Of a stretch of DNA of 64,000 nt, positions 1 to 12,145 are shown in pieces. Made by a program: the position numbers and the translations under genes. The notes beneath the pieces were generated by a model. It saw nothing but the letters and a program-made list of their open reading frames with translations. It had not been told where the DNA came from and did no database searches. The stretch lies in contig NC_058376.1 in assembly GCF_018350175.1 (NCBI RefSeq), forward strand, positions 4,650,001-4,714,000, given 5' to 3'. Position 1 is the first letter of the stretch, and each line of letters begins with the position of its first letter. This stretch comes from Felis catus (Eukaryota).

Positions 1-132
1 TAGGGAGACCTGCCCTTATCATTCTCAGCAAGAGCGCACGCGGGCAGGAAGTGAGTGCGGGTAGAGGCCACCCCAGCAGCACGACCCGCCAGCTTGACGT
101 CACTGGCAATTACTCCGCCCACGCGGCGAATA

Positions 133-350
133 TTTTTTTAAATTTTTTTTTAACGTCTATTTTTGAGAGAGAGACAGAGAGCGAGCAGGGGAAGGACAGA
201 GAGAGAGAGAGGGAGACACAGAATCTGAAGCAGGCTCCAGGTTCTGAGCCATCAGCACAGAGCCCGATGCGGGGCCCGAACCCACGAACCGCGAGATCAT
301 GACCCGAGCTGAGGTCGGACGCTCAACCGACGGAGCCACCCAGGCGCCCC
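133..350 (-). mobile_element. CanSINE (SINEC_Fc-like)
   Basis: Reverse complement of GGGGCGCCTGGGTGGCTC head, (CT)n, A tail. Confidence 0.93.
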
Positions 351-444
351 GAAAATACCTTGCTTTCAAGAGCACATTTAACCAACACAGGCTACATTCT
401 GGGCCAGAAACAAGTTTCAAGACATTGAAAAGAATTCAGTTCAG

Positions 445-570
445 GGGGGCTTGGGTGGCTCAGTGGGTTAAGCGTCTGACTTCAGCTCAGGTCATGACCT
501 CACGGTTGGTGAGTTCGAGCCCCGCGTCTGGAGCCTGCTTCCGATTCTGTGTCTCCCTCTCTCTCTGCCC
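445..570 (+). mobile_element. CanSINE, truncated by gap
   Basis: tRNA-like head, A/B boxes. Confidence 0.88.
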
Positions 571-704
571 NNNNNNNNNNNNNNNNNNNNNNNNNNNNNN
601 NNNNNNNNNNNNNNNNNNNNNNNNNNNNNNNNNNNNNNNNNNNNNNNNNNNNNNNNNNNNNNNNNNNNNNNNNNNNNNNNNNNNNNNNNNNNNNNNNNNN
701 NNNN
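571..704. other. Assembly gap (N run) between SINE fragments
   Basis: N run. Confidence 0.99.
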
Positions 705-903
705 GGCGCCTGGGTGGCTCCGGCAGTTAAGTGTCCAACTCCTGACTTTGGCTCACTCAAGTCACGATCTCACAGTTCGTGAGTTCAAGCCCCACACGGG
801 GCTCTGCTTGGGATTCTGTCTCTCTCTCTGCCCCTGCCCCGCTTGCGCACGCGCGGTCTCTCTCTCTCTCTCTCTCTCTGAAAATAAGCCTAAAAAATTA
901 AAG
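705..903 (+). mobile_element. CanSINE
   Basis: Head, (CT)n, A-rich tail. Confidence 0.88.
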
Positions 904-1320
904 AAAGAAAAATCAAAAGAACGGGGCAGTCAAAAAAGTATGTCAACGAACAGCACACATGATATGATTTCACTTAGGTTAAAAGAGAAAAACCAAACGA
1001 CAACAAAACCAAAACCAAGCCCAGATCTCCAAGGTAAGGGGGGGGGGGGGGGGGGGGGTGATTAATTGATTCTAGCATTTGCTCTTTGCTCTTCAAGATC
1101 ATATACATTTTTCATATATACACAGATACAATAAAAATACATAAAAACCCTCAACCAACTCATATTTTCTTCCATGTACACGTATTCCTTTTTTTAATCA
1201 AAAAACATTTTTTTAAGTTTTTGAAAAAACAGCACCAATTTAAGGCGGCCGGTCAAAATGTATCATCTGGAAACAGATGCATCCTCACGTATTCCAAGCA
1301 GCTGCTTCACGTTAAAAGTC

Positions 1321-1425
1321 GGGCGCCCCTCTGGCTCAGCCTGGCTCAGCTGGAAGAGAGGGCAACTCTTGATCTCGAGGTTGTGAGTTGGAGCCCCACG
1401 CTAGGTATGGAGATTACTTAAGTAA
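1321..1425 (+). mobile_element. Short tRNA-Lys-derived carnivore SINE (head only)
   Basis: gggcgcc..ctggctcag..actcttgatctc..gagccccac..agattactta. Confidence 0.75.
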
Positions 1426-1458
1426 ATCAATTTTTTTTTTTTTTTTAAATGAAGGGAC

Positions 1459-1683
1459 GGGGCACCTGGGTGACGCGGTCGGTTAAGGGTCTGATTCTGG
1501 ATTTCCGCTCAGGTCACGATCCCATGATTCATGAGTTCAAGGCACACATCAGGCTCCGTGCTGACAGGTCGGAACCTGCTTGGGACTCACTCTCTCCCTC
1601 CCTCTCTCTCTCTCTTTCTCCCCCCCACTCTCTGTTCCTCCCCCACTGTGCTCTCTCACTCAAAATAAATAAATAAACTTTAA
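1459..1683 (+). mobile_element. CanSINE
   Basis: Head, (CT)n, AATAAA tail. Confidence 0.9.
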
Positions 1684-1844
1684 AGTAGTTTACAAAAATT
1701 AAGGGAAAGTTGATTTAAAATTACTTCTGGAGGGTATTTTCCATTCACTGGATGATCTGCACATTTCTTATATATACTAATTATTCTATGACCATGGAAT
1801 AGATTTTAATTTTTTGTACTGAAATTATGAGGCCATCCTACATA

Positions 1845-2075
1845 CTGGTTAAGAGCATGGACCCTGGGGTCAGACTTCTGGGGTTCAAATCCTACTTCCC
1901 ACGTATGAGCTGTGTCACCTTAGCCAACTTCCTCAACTTCTTCGCCCCTCAGTTTCCTTATCTGTAAAATGGGAGATGGCAATGGTACCCACAAATCAGT
2001 CTTCATGAATGGGGACCAAGCTAATAGAAGGCACTTAGTACAGTGCCTGGGGTAAGGGCAGTGCTTCCTAAGCAT
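1845..2075 (+). mobile_element. MIR
   Basis: ggttaagagcatgg..gggttcaaatcc..cctcagtttccttatctgtaaaatggg core. Confidence 0.85.
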
Positions 2076-3399
2076 CACTTGTTAATATCTTGTTATTTTA
2101 AATCTTTCATCAATGTCTTGGGTTAAAATTGTAACTGTGTTTTCTCGGTTCTATCTTCCAGAAGACCCAGTTGATAATGAGCACCCGCGGAAGATCCATC
2201 AACTTACCAACTATAAAAATTATCATGGTTGGGGTCTTTTCTGCCATGGCATATAAAATAAAGTGATGGGACCGAGATGCCTTTCGAGCAGCCGTGGTTC
2301 ACTTGGAAGAACATTCTGGAGCTCCAGGACAGGCATTCTAGACCCAGGGCCATTTTGTGCTGCAACTACACGAAAACCTCTTACTAACTACCCCAGGCCT
2401 CCGTGTTCTTTTTTATAAAACAAGGAACGGAGACTGCATGATTCATGTCTTTGGGGCCCCTTGGCTTTGCAATCCTTTGATTATATTCTAAGTAGATGGC
2501 AGGGGCCTCGCTCTGAAACTCTGTTCTTAACAGCTAACTTTCCTATTTTTAAACATGAATATGTACCAGATGATCCACTTTCAACCTGCACAAGGAAATT
2601 CACAGCGAAAGGACTGCCACAATCCATGGTACGTCTCAAGTTGTAAAAGCTCAACTCTATACAGCTCTTGGGTGTTAAATGTCTCAATCTATAAAAAGAC
2701 ATGAGTGGTATTTCAGAAGCTTTGGATACATTAAGAGAGATCTGTCAATCTTAACGCTCTGTTATCCTTCTAGCTCTAGGACACTTGGCCCAGCCAACAC
2801 AGAGGCATCTGAAAGTGCACCGGCCTTGAACGTCTGTCTGTCTGCTGCTGACTCGTGAGACTATCTGTACGCCGAAGCCCCAGGCCGGCCAGCACTATGA
2901 CCCGCGGTGACCACCGCCGTATTTATCCGGCTCTGATCTGAGACCAGAATAGTGATTCTTTGTAGGGGTTGGGGGGGGGGGGGGTGAGGCGAGGAGAGGC
3001 AGGGCAGCACAAGAGAAGCATCTGTGGATCTTTTTCCAAAATAACCATCACCCTCCCACCCACCACCATTCTGATACACCCTGGCTGAAAAAGGAGGGGA
3101 GGGTGTGGGCCATCATGTATTTTAAAAAGCTCCCCGGCAAAGTCCTCAAAGAGCTCCCACTCGCTGCTCTGCTTCCCACCCTTAGAGACAAGCCGAATCC
3201 CATAGCGGAGTGTGGTGTGACAAACACCAATTATTACGGAAACCCAATAAAAGACATCAAGAGAAAAGGGAGGCTCCCAAAGGTTTGGGCTCCACCAAGT
3301 GCTAGCTGGCACCGAGAGAGAACGTCCTCCTCCTCCCACACATAGAAAAGACGATAAACTCATATTTTTAAATATGTAGATGAGCCCGGAAATAGGTGC

Positions 3400-3945
3400 T
3401 AGAACTGGGGATCCAAAGCCCAGGGACAGGGGTGCGGAGGGGGATGGGCAAAGACTTGACCCCGGCACCACGGAGATGGCTGGTAGAGGCTGGCTCGCTG
3501 GGGGAGGGAGCCGGGAAATTTCTGCCAACCAGGAAGCCAGACTCACTCTGCCCGAGGTCTGGGGGCCGGAAGGGCAAGGAAGAACCTCCGGTGAGAAGCA
3601 GAGCTTCCCTGCCACCGCCTGGAGCAGGGCTGGCATCGACATTTACACAGCTTGGTGTAGAAATCCTGAAGTGCTCATCGCCTCACACTCAGCAGAAACA
3701 AATGCAAAATTGGTTTATGGCAACATTTTTACAACCCAAGGTGCACTGAACTCTCTCCAAAGGGAAAAAAAAAAAAAAGGCTTTCCCACTAAAGATAAGC
3801 TCACAACAAGTAGCTGCAAACCAAGTAAGAAAATCTGCCACGAGAGAACAGCAGACACAAAACCAAAGAGATCAGCTCTCCGTAAACGATAGGAAAACAG
3901 AATATGCCGGAGATTACACGATAGCGGTGTTTAAAAACTCACTAA
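3400..3945 (+). mobile_element. Old HAL1/L1 5' region
   Basis: cagcagaaacaaatgcaaaa, aagataagctcacaa, gagagaacagcagacacaaa resemble the HAL1/L1M 5' end; continues as ORF1-like sequence near 5960. Confidence 0.5.
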
Positions 3946-4027
3946 AATACTACCAAGGCTTTTTAATCAGGCTGATTGAAAAGTTCATAAAGGAAAATAA
4001 AATTGAGAAAGAACAGCGGGGGGGGGG

Positions 4028-4249
4028 GGGGCGCCTGGGTGGCTCAGTCGGTTAAGCGTCTGATGCTTGATTTCGATTCAGGTCATGATCTCGCCGTTCA
4101 TGAGATCAAGCCCCTCATCCAGCTATCGGCGTGGAACTTGTTTGGGATTCTCGGTCGCCCTCTCTGCCCCTTCCCCACTCATGCATGTGTGAGCACATGC
4201 GCACACAACTCTCTCCTGCTCTCTCAAGAGCAATAAATTAAAAAAAAAA
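4028..4249 (+). mobile_element. CanSINE
   Basis: Head and A tail. Confidence 0.9.
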
Positions 4250-4592
4250 TACTGTAAGATATATCGATTGAACAGAATAGAAAATCCAGACATACAGACC
4301 TATCTCCCCAAATACTTACTGGAATTTGGTATGTGATAATATTCAAATCAGTGAAGAAAATGTGGATTATTTGGAAAAATGTTATAGGAACATGGGATAA
4401 TCATATGGGGGGGAGGTTTAATCCATACAAACTATGTCAAGGTAAATCAAACATAGAAGTACTTGTACAAATCACGAAATAATTTCAATAAACAAGGTCA
4501 TTTAAAATGTGGCTTTAAACCTAAGGGCCTTAAAGGAAAAGACTGACATATTTAAATACATGAAAGCATTTCTTCAATAAAATCCATTATCA

Positions 4593-4806
4593 GGGGCGCC
4601 TGGGTGGCTCAGTCGGTTAAGCGGCCAACTTCGGCTCAGGTCATGATCTCGCGGTCCGTGAGTTCGAGCCCCGTGTCGGGCTCTGTGCTGACAGCTCAGA
4701 GCCTGGAGCCTGCTTCAGATTCTGTGTCTCCCTCTCTCTCTGCCCCTCCCCTGTTCATGCTCTGTCTCTCTGTGTCTCAAAGATCAGTAAACGTTAAAAA
4801 AAAAAT
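4593..4806 (+). mobile_element. CanSINE with TSD
   Basis: TSD aaaatccattatca / aaaatctattatca. Confidence 0.95.
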
Positions 4807-5263
4807 TGAACAAAATCTATTATCAGCAAAGTTGCTAAATAATGTAGAATTGAAATACGGATTATAGCTTTTTTCCCTCCAAATAGCTAATTATTCCATT
4901 ACACCACAGAGATTCTACAAATCAATAGAAAACAAGTAAAACCCGACAGGAAAAAAAAAATGGGGAAAGGATATGAGTGCCTAGTTCACAGAAAATGAGA
5001 AACAAATGCCCTAGACATTTACTTATAAAAATAAACTCCACCTCACGCATACAAAGTAATACAAATTAAAAACTACACTGAGATAACCTTCATCCATCAG
5101 GTTGGCAAAATTCCCAAAGGGGTGACAACACCTTGTTGGTGACGCCGACTGGAGACTCAGGCCACGGTATACATTGCTAGACAAATGGTACAGCCAACGC
5201 AGAAAAGAGCACAACCTCCTTAGAAGGCGATGTGACGACACCCATCAAGATGACAAAATATTA

Positions 5264-5464
5264 GGGCACCTGGGGGGCTCAGTTGGCTGAGCGACTGACT
5301 TCGGCTCAGGTCACGATCTCACAGTTCGTGAGCTCGAGCCCTACCTGTATCGGGTTTGCTGCTGACAGGGCAAAGGCTGCTTCAGATCCTCTGTCCCCCC
5401 GCCCTCTCTCCCCTCCCCTGCCTGCACACTCTCTCAAAAATCAATAAACATTAAAAAAAAAAAA
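5264..5464 (+). mobile_element. CanSINE
   Basis: Head and A tail. Confidence 0.9.
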
Positions 5465-5669
5465 GATTCTTATATGTTTATACCCTTTAACCCCCAGCAA
5501 TTCTATTCTACTTTCGTATGTGAGAATAAACACAGACAAATGGGATCCACTGCAACACTGTCTATAACAACAGGAGACTGGAAACAACTTCAATGTATCC
5601 ATAAGGAATTGTTAAATGAATTAGAGAAGCGCAACAGAAGATTACGAGGCTCAGAAAATAATGGGGAGA

Positions 5670-5858
5670 GGGGGCGCCTGGACGGCCCACTCGGTTAAGT
5701 GTCCGACTTCGGCTCAGGTCATGATCTCGCGGTTCAAGAGTTCGAGCCCTGCATTGAGCTCTCTGCTGTCAGTGCAAAACCCACTTTGGATCCCCTGTCC
5801 CCCTCTCTCACTGCCCCTCCCCTGCTGGTTCTCTCTCTCTCAAAATAAATAAACTTAA
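5670..5858 (+). mobile_element. CanSINE with TSD
   Basis: TSD gaaaataatggggag / gaaaataatgaggga. Confidence 0.9.
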
Positions 5859-5954
5859 GAAAATAATGAGGGAACACTTGAAGTATTTATAATTGCCTCT
5901 AACAGCGCGGGGCACTATATAATGCATTGTAATTTGAACATGATCTGGCCGTTT

Positions 5955-6636
5955 TCAAAAATTAGATAAAATAATGGAGATAAAGGGAATACAAGTCACA
6001 ACAATATTTACAGAACAAAACTTACAGAAAAGCACACTTGTCTCTTTGAAAAAGTACACAGTGGAATTGCCAGAAATGAAAAATACAGTCGATGTAATTA
6101 AAAGCTCACTGAATAGTTTAAGTGGTCGACTGAACACAGTTGAAGAGAGAACCAGGGCACTACGGGATGTATCTGCGGAAAACTACACAGAATACAGCAA
6201 AGATAAAGAGAAGAAAATATGAGTGAAAGGTCAGGGGACATGGAAGAAATAAGGAGACATCTCGAAATTTATCTCAGGGGATCCAAAAGAAGTAAAAATG
6301 GCTGTGAGGTAATAGTGAAGGAGAAACCAGCTGAGAATTCTCTAGGATTGATGATAAAAAACACGAATCCTTAGATTCAGAGAGCACAATGAGTCTTGAG
6401 CAAGATGAAAAACAATCTATATCTACATACACCATGGTGAAACTCCAGAAGGCTAAAAATTTAAGCTAAGTCTGAACAGCAAGCAGAGGAAACAGAGGAC
6501 CCTTTTTGGTACAACTGAAAGTGACTTTTCATCAGCAGTAATGTTGGCCAGAAGACGTTGAAACATCATCTTCAAAACACTAAGGGAAAAACGGTCACCC
6601 TAGAATTCCACACATAGTTAAATTATGATTCAAGAA
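5955..6636 (+). mobile_element. L1/HAL1 ORF1-like remnant
   Basis: ORF 5974..6222 (ELPEMKNTVDVIKSSLNSLSGRLNTVEERTRAL) resembles the L1 ORF1p coiled coil; decayed downstream. Confidence 0.7.
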
Positions 6637-6650
6637 TTGGGGAAAAATGA

Positions 6651-6860
6651 GGGGCACCTGAGTGGCTCAATTGGTTGAGCATCCAACATCGGCTCAGGTC
6701 GTGATCTCACAGTTTTTGAGTTTGAGCCCCGCATAGGGCTCTGTGCTGACAGCTCAGAGCCTGGAGCCTGCTTCGGGTTCTGTGTCTCCCTCTCTCTCTC
6801 TGCACCTGCCCTGCTCATGTTCTCTGTGTGTCTCTCTCTCAAAAGTAAATATTAAAAAAA
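6651..6860 (+). mobile_element. CanSINE, host of a nested SINE
   Basis: TSD ttggggaaaaatga at 6637 and ttgggggaaaaatga at 7099. Confidence 0.93.
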
Positions 6861-7080
6861 TTTTTTTAATTTTTGAATTTTTATTTATTTTTGGATGAGA
6901 GAGAGAAACAGAGCATGAGCGGGGGAGGAGCAGAGAGAGAGGGAGACACAGAATCAGAAGCAGATTCCAGGCTCTGAGCTGTCAGCACAGAGCCCGACAT
7001 GGGGCTCAAACCCACAAACTGTGAGATCATGACCTGAGCCAAAGTCGGACGCTCAACCGACTGAACCACCCAGGCGCCCC
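6861..7080 (-). mobile_element. CanSINE inserted in the tail of the preceding SINE
   Basis: Full reverse-oriented copy lying between the host SINE tail and the host's right TSD. Confidence 0.93.
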
Positions 7081-7770
7081 CTAGAAATTTTTTTTAACTT
7101 GGGGGAAAAATGAAACTTAAAAGAAATCCTAAATTACATTCTTCAGCATAAGGAAAACTGCTGTGTCATAATGTTTATCCATTTTCCTTTGTCGGGCTTT
7201 GAACAGTTTTTAGTTTGATGAAAATGGCGGTTTTATGTAATAATGTAATTACTGAATGATGTGCTTTAGTTTGTTTTATGAATAAAGCTGCTTCTGGTCA
7301 GGTCTTTGGGTGGAAACACACATTCATTTCCTCACTGCATCTACCTAAGAGTGCCGTTGCTGAGTCATAGAGTAGGAATATGTTTAACATTAGCAGAAAA
7401 TGTCAAACCGTTTTTCCATTCATACTAAACAATTTCAGCAAAGTGAGAATCCCTTAACGGAGGATTAGAAGGGAACTCCAAGAGCCTACTCCATGCACCA
7501 GACTATAGGACTGCTCTCACAAAAAATCCAAGTGCCTCTAACAACTATTTTAAAAGGAGAATTTAGCAACGTGACTGGATAGAAGATTAATATACAAACA
7601 AACCCTATGTTGCCTGTACACCAATCAAAATAGGTATCTGAGCAAGAGGTATATGCATAAGAACTTCTTGAAGAAAACTGCAAAAACTCTGTAGGATATA
7701 ATAGAAGACCTAAACAAGTAAGACTTAACACATTCAGGAGGAGAAGACTTGTATAATAAAGATTTGATTT

Positions 7771-7868
7771 GGGGGCGCCTGGGTGGCTCAGTTCGAGACC
7801 CGCGTCGAGGCTCACAGCTCAGAGCCTGGAGCCTGCTTCAGATTCTGCCCCTCCCCTGCTCGCACTCT

Positions 7869-7917
<49 letters not shown>

Positions 7918-7935
7918 AATAAATACACATTAAAA
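7771..7935 (+). mobile_element. CanSINE with internal deletions
   Basis: TSD aaagatttgattt / agagatttgattt; long (CT)n. Confidence 0.88.
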
Positions 7936-8210
7936 AGTAAATAAATAGAGATTTGATTTCTTCTCAAGTTAATCTGTACATCCAGTGCACTTGCAATCAA
8001 AATCCCAATAAGGTTCTTCAGAGATCTTGACAAGCTGAACAAAAGGACAAAAGTAGCCAGGACCATCTAAAGAAGAATAAGGAGAAGAGGTGAGCCCCTG
8101 CTGGATATTAGGTCTTGTTATAACTACAGATATTAAACTATATGTTATACCACAGGGGCAGGCAGCTACACCAGTGGGATAAAAGAGAATGTTCAGAAAT
8201 AAGAGATCCA

Positions 8211-8415
8211 GGGGCACCTGGGGAGCTCAGTTGGTGGAGCGTAAGACTCTTGGTTTTGGCTCAGGTCATGATCTCACAGTTCGTGGGTTCGAGCCCTGAG
8301 TTCAGCTCCACACTGACAGCACAGAGCCTGCACAGAATCATTCTCTCTCTCTGCCCCTCTCCCACTTGCGCTCTCTCTCAAAATAAATAAATAAACTTAA
8401 AATTAAAAAAAAAAA
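8211..8415 (+). mobile_element. CanSINE
   Basis: TSD aataagagatcca / aataatagatcca. Confidence 0.9.
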
Positions 8416-9924
8416 TAATAGATCCAGATTTATACTGGGTCTTGGTATACAACAAAGATGTTATTAAAATTATTTAATTATTTAACTTGAATCTAAACCA
8501 AACCAAGTTTATAGAAATGTGAGGTTAAATGAACATGTTAAATGATACCATTAGGAAAAATCCAGACAAATCTAAATATATCCTACAAAACAACGGGCTT
8601 TTGGGAAAAAAAAAGAACAGCTAAGAATACCATTTGGGGGGTAACTGAGGAAATCTGAATATGGCCTAGATACTACACAATATTACAATGTAAATATTGT
8701 TGGTTTTTTAGGAGTCATAATGGTATTATGGTTATATACGAGCCTGTCCTTAATTTTAAGAGGTATTTGTGGATGAGGTATTATGGAGTAAAATATTTAG
8801 GAGTAAAATGTCATGATATCTGCAACCTATTTGCAAATGGTTCCAACAAAAACTACATACACACATACTAATATGCATCAAAATATAAAATTATTAAATC
8901 TGGATAATGTGTATTTAGAATGTCATTATTTTTAGTCTTTTCTGTATATTAAAATTTTTTATAATAAAATATTGAAAATATCCGAGGAGAAAATATATTC
9001 CATAAATGGTACTGAGAAAATTGAATGCCCTTATAAAAATTAGATTCCCACTTCACATTATGAGAAAATGGGGGGGGGGGGGGAGGAGAAGTATATAGTA
9101 TCTCTAGAAAAAAAAATCTCTATTTTCTTAGATTAAAGAAAAATTTCTTAAATAAGGTACAGAGTAAAAGCTGTGAAGAAGAGATTGGTACATTTTATTT
9201 CCCTAAATGTCAATAAATGTAAGTGAAAGCTAATAAAAACAAGTAAGAGAAATCCAGAGATTAGCAGATATTTACCACACATTAGCCCCCCAGAATTAAC
9301 AGATCAAATATTAAGACTGTGTAGCCATCAATAAAAAATATGGTAGAAAAGTGTCCATAAGCTATTAGTAGAAAAATTCACCATAAGAGAGAAAGCTCAG
9401 ACACCCCGAAAACATCCAAAGTTGCATCATCTCAGAAGTAATCAAACTGTGACACTATTTCACACATATAGATTGGCAAAAAGCAAAAACAAAAACAAAA
9501 CGAATAGAATAGAATAGTTTGAGGAAATGAAAACTCTTGTAGAATCCTGATGGTCCAGCTACCTTGAGGACAAATCCAACAGCAGCCAGGAATTCCAAAG
9601 ACTGGCATACCAAACCATCTAGAAATTCCATTTTCAGAAGATCTCATTCACAGGCAGAAAGATGTTCGCTGCAGTAGTGTTTATAACTGCAAATATTAGA
9701 AATGATCCAGATGTTAATCAAGGCAGGACTGGGTAAATAATCTGGGTATATTCATCCAAGAGGATACTATACAGCAGTCAAAATCGGTGATCTCCCATCA
9801 ACACGGAAAATCCAGTAAATGTAATGCTGATCGATAAAGCAGGTGGACAAAGGATATATATTATTATCTATAGTACTGTGTAGCATTCACATACATTTCA
9901 TTTTATTATTTTTCAATAATTGTT

Positions 9925-9952
9925 TCCTTAAATTTTTTTAATGTTTATTTTT

Positions 9953-9989
<37 letters not shown>

Positions 9990-10158
9990 TGTGAGTAGGA
10001 GGGGGGCAGATTGAGAGGGAGACACAGAATCCGAAGCAGGCTCCAGGCTCTGAGCTGTCAGCGCAGAGCCCCACGTGGGGCTTGAACCCACAGACCGCGA
10101 GATCATGACCTGAGCCGAAGTCTGACGCTTAACCGACTGAGCCACCCAGGCGCCCCCG
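9925..10158 (-). mobile_element. CanSINE
   Basis: Reverse-oriented full copy. Confidence 0.93.
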
Positions 10159-10232
10159 TATACATTTTAAAACACCAAAACCCCACAACCAACCAACCTA
10201 TGTTGGTTGTTATATGGTACTTATTTACAGGT

Positions 10233-10715
10233 ATATGGGAGACAGCTTCTAAGGTGACGCCGACGATCCCTGCTCCCCGGTGTTTACGCTTGTGTAATCC
10301 CCCTCCCACAGTGCACCAGGGTGGTTCTGTGCGACCAACAGAAGAGGGCGGAAGCGACAGTATGCCCTTTCAAAATTGGTTGGAAAAAAGACTGTGGCTT
10401 CTGTCTTGGTTGCTCTATTGCCCTTCTACTCCCTGCAATCGCTTGCTCCCGGGTGACCAGACAACTGTCCTAAGTGTGCTCGGGGAAGCCTGGTGTGAGG
10501 TCCAAACGGCAAGTAAGGTCCGGTTGGCAAGGTCCAACCACAGGAGTGAGCTTCCAAGAGTCCCCTCCAGCCTCACGAGAGACCCTAGACCACGAGAGAC
10601 CCTAGACCAGAACCACCAGCTAAGCCACTCCTCGGCTGCTGACCTTCAGCACCTGCACAAGGTCAAGTACCGCTAAACTGGGGGCTAAGTTGTTACCAAG
10701 CAAGAGATGATGAAT
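10233..10715 (+). mobile_element. MaLR solo LTR (MLT1E/F-like)
   Basis: tctaaggtgac..gatccc..tgtgtaatcccctccc start; ccagctaagccactcc..ttgttaccaagcaa end. Confidence 0.7.
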
Positions 10716-11484
10716 GCAAGGTACTCATACCTGTGTAGTGAAATGTTACATGCGTAGTAATTATAAGAACGTACACGGGTTTCAAGCTAAAGGGTAATTC
10801 TGGGGAAGGCAGTGGGGTGGGGTCTCTAACTCCATTTACTTTGTTTCTATGACACATTTTTGAAGAAAATATGACAAAAACGTTAGCATTTGTTAAATCT
10901 GGGTGTTCCAAAAGTGTGTACAAAGCACATGATTTCCTGTGACTTAAATCATTTTCTTTGTTATTTAAAGCAGGTTATGAATTAAAAATAAACACTTCTA
11001 GAAAGAGAAAAAAAAAAAGCGGTGTCTCTCTTCCATTTATTACAGCCCCATAGACCACTGTCTGGCTCCTAATTGCAGCTTGGAGGGAAGGAATTACTTT
11101 AATGGCTAAACGGTTTGCACGGGAGAGGAGACATATCTGCATGTATTCCCATGGCTGGTGAAATCAAATGTTTAAGTACCAAAACCCTAAATATATATTT
11201 TTTAAATAGTAACAGAAAAACTTCTATAAGCGCACCTACCAAAGGATTCATGCTGAAATGCAGGAACGAATGTTGCTTTGCCTGGAGACGCTTCATACTA
11301 AACTATTTCCAACAGCAATTCACTTAGGAGACACGGTGATTCCGCTCCCTGCGGAATTAAGTGGACGATATACGGCTGTTGCCATAGCAGCCTCTACTTT
11401 AATGATATTTAACAAGAGAACAGAAATTGTGAGGAAAATTGCCTTCGTTCTTAGTTCTCTGGGTTATAAGAAGTAAAACATTCA

Positions 11485-11695
11485 GGGGTGCCTGGGTGGC
11501 TCCGTCAGTTAAGCGTCCGACTTCGGCTCAGGTCACCATCTCGCGGTTCGTGAGTTCGAGCCCCACGTCGGGCTCTGTGCTGATGGCTCAGAGCCTGGAG
11601 CCTGCTTCGGACTCTGTGTCTCTTTCTGTCTCGGCCCCTCCCCCACTTGTGCTCTATCTGTCTCTCAAAAATAAATAAATGTAAAAAAAAAAAAG
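11485..11695 (+). mobile_element. CanSINE with perfect TSD
   Basis: TSD aagtaaaacattca on both sides. Confidence 0.95.
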
Positions 11696-11924
11696 TAAAA
11701 CATTCACATCCAGGAGACAGAGTAGCATCTCAGATTATACACTCCCAGGTAGTGCCCAGAGAAAGGTCTCCCCCAGGGATACCTCACAGGCTAAAAACAG
11801 GTAATGCGCTCTCAAAGATAAACATTATCTCAAGGACTCTGAGCCCGCTCACCAATAAAGTCAGAGAAATCTGCGTTAACGTTTAAGAAGGTATTTGCAA
11901 CAAATATGAACGTGGTGTTGGGTA

Positions 11925-12145
11925 TTTTCTTTTTTTTTTTCTTATGTTTTATTTTTGAGAGAGAGAGAGAGAGAGCAAGTGGGGAAGAGAGACGAGGGCG
12001 GGGGGGGGGGGGGCAGACAGAAAATCCAAAGCAGGCTCCATGCTGAGAGAAGAGAGCCCACTGCGGGGCCCAAACTCACAAAGCATGAGATCATGACCCG
12101 AGTCGAGGTCGGACGCTTAACCGACTGAGCCACCCAGGTGCCCCA
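11925..12145 (-). mobile_element. CanSINE
   Basis: Reverse-oriented copy. Confidence 0.9.

Larger units (their letters stand above)
3945..5660 (+). mobile_element. Degraded L1M(E) ORF2/3' fragments interrupted by SINEs
   Basis: aacagaatagaaaatccagac, aaattaaaactacactgagata, ggaaacaacttcaatgtatcc motifs. Confidence 0.65.
7500..9900 (+). mobile_element. Degraded L1M ORF2/3' UTR fragments
   Basis: ggatagaagattaatatacaa, caatcaaaatcccaata, tagattcccacttcac, aaataatctgggtatattcat motifs; A-rich. Confidence 0.7.

Noticed and set aside
2923-3892. Long overlapping ORFs (239 aa on -, 170 aa on +) as possible BACE2 exon 9 or a nested gene
   Set aside because: No resemblance to BACE2 exon 9 (EISGPFSTEDVASNCVP plus TM helix) or to any protein I recognise; overlaps a probable old LINE 5' region
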